From assembly GCA_007123335.1 (NCBI GenBank), contig SKLG01000440.1:1-14196 (forward strand): 14,196 nt of DNA. The letters are read 5' to 3'. The translations under genes were made by a program, and so were the position numbers. Below, one piece after another: positions 7,039 through 13,669 of the stretch. Position 1 is the stretch's first letter, and each line of letters starts with the position of its first letter. The notes beneath the pieces were generated by a model. That model was not told the origin of the DNA. It was given only the letters and a program-made list of their open reading frames with translations, and did no database searches. This DNA is from Anaerolineae bacterium (GTDB taxonomy: Bacteria > Chloroflexota > Anaerolineae > UBA1429).

Positions 7039-8286
7039 TTACCCATCCTCAGGCTCAAAGACGGTCAGCTCGACCTGTAGGAACTCAAAAACGGCGTCGG
7101 GCAGGTCGGCATCGGCGCGATAGCGATAGTCGATGATCCGCGCCTCCAAGCGCAGAGAGAGGGTCTCCAACTCGATGACCGCGCCGGGCCGGGCCACGAT
7201 CAGCTCGCCCTTTTCCTCCAACCGCTGGCGCAGTTCGTCGTCGTCCAGGACCAGATCGCTGACGATGACTTTGGAGACGGTGCGGATATCGCCCTTGTCA
7301 AAGAGCCAGACCTCAAACGCGTCGATCTGCTGCCCCCCCTCATCGACCTCGAGGATATCGGCCACGCTGAGGCCGCACTCGCCGAGAAACTCGCCGTCGC
7401 TCGACTCGATGCTATAGGATACATCGAGGTCATCGTCGCCATACTGATATTCGGCCTCGAAACGGACGACGGCATTATCTGGCAACAAAGGCGTGGGCCG
7501 ACTGGGCGAGGTCGCAACGGGGCTCACCGTCGGCCGATCCTCCTGCTGGTCCAACGCCTCCCAGGCATACTCGGCCTCGTCCTCCTCCACAGCGTGTATA
7601 ACCTGGGGAGCTGCAGGGGATGAGGACGCAGGCGGCGCCTGCTGCGGGGGAAAGGGCGGCGGCGCGTGGCGCTGCTCCTCAAAGCGATCCTCGGCAACCG
7701 GCTCGTTGGCGCGGGGCGTGGTCGCGCTGTATCCCGGCCCTCGGGTGGCGTGGTAAGGGGGACTCTGCGCCGTGGCCATGCTGCCACTGATGATCGTTAC
7801 CGCTAACCAGATGATGAGGACCAACCCGATGAAAAGGGCCAGGATCGAGCCGGCGATCAGCAAGCCATTGGACATCCCCGGCGGGATGACGCTCGCCGGC
7901 GGGCGCACCGCCACCTCCTCTCCGGTGGGCTGCGGCAAATCGAGGGACTGGGCCATGCGCCGCAGACGCAGCGCACCGGCGGTGTCCTCGGCGCGATCGC
8001 GGTTGACGGCGGCCTGCTCGATGAGGTTGGCCACCCATTGCCAATCGGTCTGCTCGTCGATCAGAGCCGAGAGCCGCTGACGGGCCACGTCTACGTCTCC
8101 GGTGACGGCGAGGGAGTCAGAGGCCATGATCACCCAGGAGAACTGGTGTTGCAGACGCATATCGGAGGGGTCGGTGTCGTACCAGGTGACGGGCCACACC
8201 CGCCAGCCCATAAAGAGGCCGACACCGATACCGACGAGGATCGATAACGCAATGATGGGCAAGACCAATCTGCGCGCACCGTTCAT
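7039..8286 (-). CDS. Hypothetical two-TM membrane protein (415 aa). It has an N-terminal TM, a ~110-aa extracytoplasmic loop, a second TM, a Pro-rich linker and a ~150-aa acidic C-terminal domain. It is the first gene of an operon with dinB.
   Basis: ATG at 8286 with AAAGGAGAGG 7 nt upstream. Predicted TM segments are LVLPIIALSILVGIGVGLFMGW and LLIAGSILALFIGLVLIIWLAVTIISG. Codon usage matches the host. No family recognised. Confidence 0.6.
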   Translation of the reverse strand: MNGARRLVLPIIALSILVGIGVGLFMGWRVWPVTWYDTDPSDMRLQHQFSWVIMASDSLAVTGDVDVARQRLSALIDEQTDWQWVANLIEQAAVNRDRAEDTAGALRLRRMAQSLDLPQPTGEEVAVRPPASVIPPGMSNGLLIAGSILALFIGLVLIIWLAVTIISGSMATAQSPPYHATRGPGYSATTPRANEPVAEDRFEEQRHAPPPFPPQQAPPASSSPAAPQVIHAVEEDEAEYAWEALDQQEDRPTVSPVATSPSRPTPLLPDNAVVRFEAEYQYGDDDLDVSYSIESSDGEFLGECGLSVADILEVDEGGQQIDAFEVWLFDKGDIRTVSKVIVSDLVLDDDELRQRLEEKGELIVARPGAVIELETLSLRLEARIIDYRYRADADLPDAVFEFLQVELTVFEPEDG

Positions 8287-8380
8287 GTAACGCCTCTCCT
8301 TTCGTCAGCCCCCTTTTGGGCGGTGGGACCAGCGGCGATCCTGGCAAGCCATGCCATCGGAGCGACCGTGTTGGCGCATT

Positions 8381-8409
8381 CTACTATTAGGGCCACGGCT
8401 TTTCAATCT
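8381..8409 (-). promoter_or_regulatory. Candidate sigma70 promoter for the hypothetical-dinB-PIG-L operon. TTGAAA is at 8409..8404, followed by a 17-nt spacer and TAGAAT at 8386..8381.
   Basis: Reverse complement reads TTGAAAagccgtggccctaatagTAGAATgcgcc. The -10 lies ~95 nt upstream of ATG 8286. Confidence 0.45.
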
Positions 8410-8433
8410 TGTTGTCACTGGAGTGTAATCGCT

Positions 8434-8461
8434 TTGAGCTTTGGGTGCAAAGTGGTATAAT
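8434..8461 (+). promoter_or_regulatory. Sigma70 promoter with extended -10 driving the small ORF, and antisense transcription into the SPFH gene. TTGAGC is at 8434-8439, followed by a 14-nt spacer, TG at 8453-8454 and TATAAT at 8456-8461.
   Basis: The sequence ...gctTTGAGCtttgggtgcaaagTGgTATAATggag gives a perfect TGnTATAAT. It is arranged back-to-back with the minus-strand operon promoter ~25 bp away. Confidence 0.5.
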
Positions 8462-8513
8462 GGAGACAGAACATATGTGCGCACGGAATCATGAGCGCAT
8501 GGGAGGATTCGCG

Positions 8514-8762
8514 ATGTATTGGAATAACGGCCCACGTAGTGAGACATACCTTCGCGCAGATCTTGCGGACATCCTCAAAGCCATCGCCCGCGCCGGGGCT
8601 GGACCGACGCGAAGCAGCATTACCCTTCGGGAGGCGGATTACGCCGACGGATTTCGGGCGGCCATTGAGGCTATGGCTGCTGCCCTTGGGTTGCCCGTCG
8701 ATCTGCCAGCGCCTAGAAAGCGGGTACAACAGAAGGATTTGAGATTGCCGTCAGGACGGTGA
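8514..8762 (+). CDS. Small hypothetical protein (82 aa; MYWNNGPRSETYLRADLADILKAIARAG...) in the low-GC island. It has no TM segment and no recognised family. An alternative start is ATG 8475 (95 aa).
   Basis: GGGAGG lies 7 nt upstream of ATG 8514, and the extended -10 promoter is ~50 nt upstream. The ORF converges on the SPFH gene, with the 3' ends overlapping by 12 nt (8751-8762). Coding status is not proven; the transcript could act mainly as an antisense RNA. Confidence 0.45.
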   Translation: MYWNNGPRSETYLRADLADILKAIARAGAGPTRSSITLREADYADGFRAAIEAMAAALGLPVDLPAPRKRVQQKDLRLPSGR

Positions 8763-9848
8763 GAGGCCCACATATCTACGCAAAGCCATCAAAGCCTGCA
8801 CTACGTCGGCAGTGAGTGGATAGCTGGCAGTCCGTGGATCATGAGCAAGGCATTCTAGGATCCGACGCAATACCTCTCGTTGCATATCGGCATCAGACAT
8901 CTTCATTTCTCGAGCGATGCGGTAGGCATCTGCGATGACAGACAGCGTGTCGCGGTAAGTGCTCGCCTTCGCTAGCTCCATGTCACTGCCAATTCTCGCC
9001 CAATTCGCAGCCTGAAGCAGCCTGTCATCCGGCTGCACATCGAGTACGGAGACGCGGCTGACTCGAATACCATAGGTATTGAGTCTGGCGTTAGCATTCG
9101 CTCGCACTTGCTGGCTCAAAGCATCGACGGATGCGGGTCCGAGGATGCCGTCGAGCCTATAGTTAACCACGGCCTGACGTAGGCTTCGCTCAATCTCCTC
9201 TTGAACAGCCTTTTTCCATTCCGGCATCTCGGTGCACATTCTGAGGATCATGTTCCGTTCAGCGGTTGCCATCGGTATCTCGCCACGAGCGGTCTTGGGC
9301 GATACCGCTATGCCATAGGTTACCGAGAGTTCCACCTGCGTGGGGATGCGTTCGGCGGTGAGAATGTGGTCGTAGGTCAGCGTCTCTTGGCAGGGCCGCA
9401 GATCGAATAGATGACGCACATATTCCCAAGCATCGGTATTGATAAAGCCCGGCCCGCTGACCCGCGTGTATCGAGCGCCCCGGTAAAAGACAGCAGCGCT
9501 ACAGCGCACAATCACAAAGCGAGGTCCAGTGATGGACGCATCGTCTACGTCATGCGGTAGGATTGTGTGGCCGTCTTCAATAATATGAACACCACGACTC
9601 AATCCGAGTAGCATCTTGATGATGGTACCAATGGCAATGGACGAACTCATTCCATAGAGCGGAGCTATGGTCGAGGCTAGAACTACAAGGCTCACAGCTG
9701 CTCCGGAGAGCAGACTTAACGTGATGATGACAAAGACATCCCGATCTGTAGGAGCCACAAGAAATATTCGCAGGAGCATATAGAGAGCTGCTAGCGCTAC
9801 TACCCCTATCAGAAGTCTTCTGATCGTCTGGAAATGAGCTTGTAGCAT
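8751..9848 (-). CDS. SPFH/band-7 (stomatin/prohibitin/HflKC-like) domain membrane protein, 365 aa. It has two N-terminal TM helices, an SPFH core and a C-terminal helical region. It is encoded in a low-GC island with foreign codon usage.
   Basis: Core segments RGARYTRVSGPGFINTDAWEYVRHLFDLRPCQETLTYDHILTAERIPTQVELSVTYGI and LDGILGPASVDALSQQVRANANARLNTYGIRVSRVSVLDVQPD match the SPFH pattern (rlG..r.l.PG.hf.iP..d.v..vDlR.q....v.T.D...v.vd..v.y.I ... ldell..R..i......l......GI.V..v.i.di.P). ATG at 9848 has GGGAGG 5 nt upstream. Codons such as CTA, ATA and AGA are frequent here, unlike in neighbouring genes. Confidence 0.75.
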   Translation of the reverse strand: MLQAHFQTIRRLLIGVVALAALYMLLRIFLVAPTDRDVFVIITLSLLSGAAVSLVVLASTIAPLYGMSSSIAIGTIIKMLLGLSRGVHIIEDGHTILPHDVDDASITGPRFVIVRCSAAVFYRGARYTRVSGPGFINTDAWEYVRHLFDLRPCQETLTYDHILTAERIPTQVELSVTYGIAVSPKTARGEIPMATAERNMILRMCTEMPEWKKAVQEEIERSLRQAVVNYRLDGILGPASVDALSQQVRANANARLNTYGIRVSRVSVLDVQPDDRLLQAANWARIGSDMELAKASTYRDTLSVIADAYRIAREMKMSDADMQREVLRRILECLAHDPRTASYPLTADVVQALMALRRYVGLSPS

Positions 9849-9915
9849 ATTGGCCTCCCGGAGTGGCTATTCGCAGACCAAAGAGGCGAGCATAGATCAG
9901 CAGTTCGATGGCAAT

Positions 9916-9944
9916 AGTATAATAGCAGCCCAGCCCGATAGCAA
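9916..9944 (-). promoter_or_regulatory. Candidate sigma70 promoter for the SPFH gene. TTGCTA is at 9944..9939, followed by a 17-nt spacer and TATACT at 9921..9916.
   Basis: Reverse complement reads gtgcTTGCTAtcgggctgggctgctatTATACTattgcc. The -10 lies ~68 nt upstream of ATG 9848. Confidence 0.4.
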
Positions 9945-9947
9945 GCA

Positions 9948-9972
9948 CTGCGTAAAGACGGCCTTTACGCAG
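9948..9972 (-). terminator. Perfect 10-bp inverted repeat CTGCGTAAAG-acggc-CTTTACGCAG overlapping the pepP stop codon (TAA, plus 9965-9967), located exactly at the island boundary. It may be a weak terminator for the pepP operon or an insertion-site scar.
   Basis: Seen directly. On the minus RNA the hairpin is followed by UGCUUGCUAUC, which is only moderately U-rich. Confidence 0.35.
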
Positions 9973-11056
9973 CGCCCGGCGTCGCCGATCCGGCCACCGG
10001 CACCTTCTCCACGGCGGTGAGCATCCGACATCCGCTCTCCTCCACCACCACCATGTCCTCGATGCGCACGCCGCCCCAGCCGGGGATATAGACGCCGGGC
10101 TCGACGGTGAGGACGCTGCCCGCCGGCAGGTCTCCCTCGGCCAAAAAGCTGGCCCGTGGCTCTTCATGGATGGCCAGGCCCACGCCGTGGCCCAGCCCGT
10201 GGCCGAACTGGCCCTCGTATCCGGCGGCATAGAGGATGCGCCGGGCGATGGCGTCGGCCTCCACGCCCGACATCCCGGCATGAATGCCCTCCTCGGCGGC
10301 GAGCTGGGCCTCGAGCACCTTGTCCCACACCTCGCGATAGCGGGCGTCGGCGCGGCCCACGCAAAAGGAGCGGGTGAGGTCCGAGCAGTAGCCGTCCACC
10401 ACGCAGCCCATGTCGATCACCACCGGATCGCCGAGCCCGATCTCGCGCCCGCCGGTGACGGCGTGGGCCATGGCGCCGTGCGGCCCCGAGGCGACGATGG
10501 TGGGGAAGGAGAGGCTCTCGGCGCCACGGGTGCGCATGGCCACCTCCAGCTCCCAGGCCACCTCGCGCTCGGTGAGGCCGGGGCGAATCCACTCCATGAT
10601 GTGGGCCATGGCCTCGTCGGCCAGGCGCACGGCGGCGTTGATGGCGGCGATCTCGTCGTCATCCTTGACCACCCGCAGCCCCTCGACGATGTTCTCGGTG
10701 GGATGCCATTCGATGGCGTCACCCAACGCCTCGCGCCAGCGATCATAGGTCTGCACCGTAACGGCGTGTCGCTCAAAGCCCAGCGTCCGGTATCCCCGCT
10801 GACGGACCAGCTCGGCCAGCGCCGCATGCGCCGCGCCGGTGACCTCGACCAGCGCGCACATGGGCGCCTGCTGGCGCACCTGCTCATAGTAGCGAAAATC
10901 GGTGAGCATCGAGGCCTGGGCCTCGTCGATGACCAACACCCCGGCCGAGCCGGTAAAGCCGCTGAGATAGCGACGGTTTTCGGGCTGGGTGATGATTAAC
11001 GCATCATAAGGCTGGGCGGCCATGATCTCGCGCAAGCGCGCCAGGCGATCGTTCAT
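9965..11056 (-). CDS. pepP: M24B family Xaa-Pro aminopeptidase (creatinase-like N-terminal domain plus pita-bread metallopeptidase domain)
   Basis: 363 aa. Metal-binding and catalytic motifs include DMGCVVDGYCSDLTRSF, GHGLGHGVGLAIHEEP and VLTVEPGVYIPGWGGVRIEDMVVV. The symbol pepP is from family resemblance only; PepQ is not excluded. Confidence 0.85.
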   Translation of the reverse strand: MNDRLARLREIMAAQPYDALIITQPENRRYLSGFTGSAGVLVIDEAQASMLTDFRYYEQVRQQAPMCALVEVTGAAHAALAELVRQRGYRTLGFERHAVTVQTYDRWREALGDAIEWHPTENIVEGLRVVKDDDEIAAINAAVRLADEAMAHIMEWIRPGLTEREVAWELEVAMRTRGAESLSFPTIVASGPHGAMAHAVTGGREIGLGDPVVIDMGCVVDGYCSDLTRSFCVGRADARYREVWDKVLEAQLAAEEGIHAGMSGVEADAIARRILYAAGYEGQFGHGLGHGVGLAIHEEPRASFLAEGDLPAGSVLTVEPGVYIPGWGGVRIEDMVVVEESGCRMLTAVEKVPVAGSATPGAA

Positions 11057-11086
11057 TGGGTTGCTCCGTTCATCGTGCTCGGCGGC

Positions 11087-11548
11087 TCACTCGCCGCGAA
11101 AGGGGACCTGAAGACGCTCCTCCTCGATCAGCGTGACGAGGATGCGCACGGTGCGCTCGACGACATCGCCACAGCGCTTCTCAGCCTCGGGCTGCGTATC
11201 GCGAAGCGGCTCGCAGATCGTCTCGCCAAACTCTTCCAGGAACTGCTCGCGGAATCGCTTGGCCAGAGCATAAACCCGCTCGTCGTCCTCTTTGGCCGAC
11301 ACACGGCCCCACAAGGCGCCGAGGAGCAACACACCCCCGGCCAGGGCGCCGCACAGCTCCAACCGACTGCCGCCCACGCCGCCGCCAAAGGTATCGCTGG
11401 CCCGCACCAGAACGTCGGGCAGAGGGTTCATATAGTGTTCGCCCACGGCGATCACCACCGACTCGGATCAATGGTGCCCGGCCAGATAGGCGTCCCTGGC
11501 CTTTGCGGACACCTCCTCGATCACGGCAACGCGCTCTTGGTCGGCCAT
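11087..11548 (-). CDS. C_GCAxxG_C_C family (putative redox-active) protein with an in-frame TGA at 11470..11468, at the position of the first conserved Cys. It is either a candidate selenoprotein (153 aa if TGA is read as Sec) or a nonsense-disrupted pseudogene.
   Basis: ATG at 11548 has AAGGAG 6 nt upstream and opens 26 codons (MADQERVAVIEEVSAKARDAYLAGHH), then TGA, then SESVVIAVGEHY...GGGVGGSRLELCGALAGG...ETICEP...KRCGDV in frame. GHH-[TGA]-SESVV.A.GE aligns with the family motif G-x-N-C-A-(Q/E)-S-V-l-x-A-f-x-E. The track ORF start, GTG 11458, has no SD. Confidence 0.6.
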
Positions 11549-11583
11549 CTTTTTCTCCTTTGATGAGATATACGGATGTACGA

Positions 11584-12975
11584 TTAGCCCATGTCGCTAC
11601 GGTAGACCAGGCCGGCTCCCGCCGCCGACTGACAGGGAAAGACGGTGGCCGTCAGCCCCGTGCGCTGCCGATAGCCTCGGGTGACCGCCTGGGCAAAGGC
11701 CGCGACCTGCTCCTGCGCCACCACGGCCACGATGCACCCGCCCCACCCGGCGCCGGTGAGCCGCGCGCCGACGGTTCCCGGCACCCCGTTGGCCAAATCC
11801 ACCAGCGCCTCGATCTCGGGGGTGCTGATCTCATAGTCGTCGCGGGCGCTGGCATGGGCTTGAGCGAGGAGCCGGCCAAAGGCGGCCATATCTCCCGCTT
11901 CTAGCGCCTCGACGCTGGCGAGAACGCGCCGGTTCTCGCTATGTACGTGGCGACAGCGACGCCGCACATAGAACCGATCGGTGTCGGGGGTGGCCGAGGT
12001 GGGTCCCGCCGGACCATCCAGAATGGTATCGGGATCGATGCCCAACCGCAACAGCTCATCGCGGTGGATCACCTCGGGCAGCAATGGCTCCAGCTCGGCC
12101 CAGGGCACCACCTGCACGTCGCGCAGGTGGGTGATCGACGCCTCCGGCTGATGCCGCTGCAACAGGCGCACGCCGATGCGCCCCTCGGCGACGCGCCGGT
12201 TAAAGAGCGGGCCGGTGTTGTGATGGCGCACACCGCTATCGACCACCAGCACCGCATAGCCCCCGGCGCCGATGGAGACATGGCGATAGTCATATGCGTT
12301 GGCGCCACCATCCGCACGCGGCCGGCAATCGAGAAAGAGGGCGTGGTCGCGGCGCGCCAGGATCGAGATGAACTGATCCATGATCCCGCCACGGGTGCCG
12401 ACATACCACTCGGCGCGCCCGCAGGCATCGGCCAGCTCTGGGCCGGCGAGATCGATATCGTTCAGCGCGACCAACGCCACGGCGGTGGCGACGGTCAGCG
12501 CCGAGGAGGAGGAGAGCCCGGCGCCGCGAGGCACCCCAAAAGGCGGCGCGCCGTCCACCAGGCCATCAAAGCCGCTCAAGCCGGGACCATATTCCTGCTC
12601 CAGCAACTGGGCCGGCCCCTGGGCATAGTTGGCCCAATCGCCGAGGCTCGCGCGGGGGATGTCCTGGGCGATATCGAAGCGCCTGTCGCCATAGCCCTCC
12701 TCGATGTTGCTCAGGCGCACCGCGCCGTCGTCGCGGGGGCGTGCCAGAAGCAGGACATCCTTGTCCAGCGCCATGGGCAGCACAAAGCCATGGTTATAAT
12801 CGGTGTGCTCGCCGATGAGATTCACCCGCCCCGGCGCATGAAAGACGCACACCTGGCCCGGCCCATAACGCTCCTTAAAGGCGTCCAGCGCCCGCCGATA
12901 GCGGGCAGCTTGCGCGGCCTCGGCAGCGGCGCCATAGGTCTGGCGCAAGGCAGAGATCATATCCATCGTCAGCAT
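11584..12975 (-). CDS. galK: Galactokinase (GHMP kinase family)
   Basis: PGRVNLIGEHTDYNHGFVLPMA is the galactokinase signature, and GAGLSSSSALTVA is the GHMP ATP-binding motif. ATG at 12975 has GGGAGG 6 nt upstream; the GTG at 12981 is too close to the SD. Confidence 0.85.
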   Translation of the reverse strand: MLTMDMISALRQTYGAAAEAAQAARYRRALDAFKERYGPGQVCVFHAPGRVNLIGEHTDYNHGFVLPMALDKDVLLLARPRDDGAVRLSNIEEGYGDRRFDIAQDIPRASLGDWANYAQGPAQLLEQEYGPGLSGFDGLVDGAPPFGVPRGAGLSSSSALTVATAVALVALNDIDLAGPELADACGRAEWYVGTRGGIMDQFISILARRDHALFLDCRPRADGGANAYDYRHVSIGAGGYAVLVVDSGVRHHNTGPLFNRRVAEGRIGVRLLQRHQPEASITHLRDVQVVPWAELEPLLPEVIHRDELLRLGIDPDTILDGPAGPTSATPDTDRFYVRRRCRHVHSENRRVLASVEALEAGDMAAFGRLLAQAHASARDDYEISTPEIEALVDLANGVPGTVGARLTGAGWGGCIVAVVAQEQVAAFAQAVTRGYRQRTGLTATVFPCQSAAGAGLVYRSDMG

Positions 12976-13012
12976 CGCCACCCTCCCTCACACGCGATCC
13001 GGGCGCTCCGCG

Positions 13013-13549
13013 CTATTCGAAAATGCCCACGCCATAGGCCTCCCCATCAGCGAGGCTATAGACCACGATGCGATCCGCCGAACCGCGCTCTAGCGAGGAG
13101 GGGATCTGAAACAAAAAGAACTCGGCGTCATAGGGGCGGTCCTCCAGCTCGATCAGGACGTGAGCAGGATCGTCCAGCTCATCGCCCTTGACGAGACGAA
13201 TGTCCGCTTGAGAACCTTTGCCGTCGTAGGTAAAGCCCTGTATAATCAGCGTTTGAAGCCCGGCGACGATCGCTTTGCCGGATACGCCATGCGCGCCGCT
13301 GAGGTGCGCGACGCTGCCCACCTGCCGAAAGGTCTCTTCCGGCGCCACCTCGTTGGGTGTGGGGAAGGGTGACGACGCGGGCCTATTGGCTTCTGCGTCC
13401 ACGGTGGCCGTCGGTGGAACGGTAGGCACCGGCGTCGCGGTGGGCTCGACGATCTGCGCCGCCGGGACGGGCGTCGGCGGAGTCGGAGGGCTGCAAGCAG
13501 ATAGCACTAGCAAGAACATGATCAGCATTAGGTGGGTGAACCGTTTCAT
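13013..13549 (-). CDS. Lipoprotein with a DM13 domain. Signal peptide MKRFTHLMLIMFLLVLSAC carries the lipobox LSAC, followed by a Pro/Thr-rich linker and a DM13-like C-terminal domain.
   Basis: ATG at 13549 has GGAG 6 nt upstream. Segment GSVAHLSGAHGVSGKAIVAGLQTLIIQGFTYDGKGSQADIRLVKGDEL resembles the DM13 domain. It is 37 nt upstream of galK, with the galK SD in the gap, so it is likely co-transcribed. Confidence 0.65.
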   Translation of the reverse strand: MKRFTHLMLIMFLLVLSACSPPTPPTPVPAAQIVEPTATPVPTVPPTATVDAEANRPASSPFPTPNEVAPEETFRQVGSVAHLSGAHGVSGKAIVAGLQTLIIQGFTYDGKGSQADIRLVKGDELDDPAHVLIELEDRPYDAEFFLFQIPSSLERGSADRIVVYSLADGEAYGVGIFE

Positions 13550-13669
13550 CCTCGGCTCCATTCGTCTATTAGGCGTCAACCGTCATCGATTATACCGGAA
13601 ACAGATCAGGCTTCCAATGAGCATAAAACGACACGCTCTTCGAGGGCGTGTGCCGAACAGGAATCGCGT

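Noticed and set aside
5710-7080. Long plus-strand ORF (456 aa) antisense to dinB. Others of the same kind are 4311-5120 (+), 10166-10999 (+), 11941-13191 (+), 10164-10592 (-) and 10417-10887 (-).
   Set aside because: These are typical stop-poor antisense frames of high-GC DNA. Their proteins are Arg/Gly/Pro/Ala-rich low-complexity with no start-site signals. The opposite-strand genes have clear family signatures and RBSs.
8287-8410. Looked for a tRNA gene or att-type direct repeats as an integration site at the island borders.
   Set aside because: No cloverleaf or T-loop (GTTCGAATC-like) motif was found, and there are no convincing direct repeats between 8380-8420 and 9850-9965. The region is better explained as the native operon promoter.
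9274-9310. Imperfect inverted repeat GGTATCTCGCC...GGCGATACC inside the SPFH coding region.
   Set aside because: It lies within well-supported coding sequence and has a bulge. It is most likely a coincidence of codon choice and not a structural element.
9577-10281. 234-aa minus-strand ORF spanning the island boundary into pepP.
   Set aside because: It lies in a different frame from pepP, crosses the GC discontinuity, and has no family resemblance or RBS. It is spurious.
11458-11458. GTG 11458 as the true start of the C_GCAxxG_C_C gene (as in the ORF track), which would make the upstream TGA irrelevant.
   Set aside because: There is no Shine-Dalgarno upstream of this GTG. The 26 upstream codons have a strong RBS and encode the family's expected N-terminal segment. 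The conserved motif spans the TGA. The truncated form is kept only as the fallback pseudogene or truncated reading.
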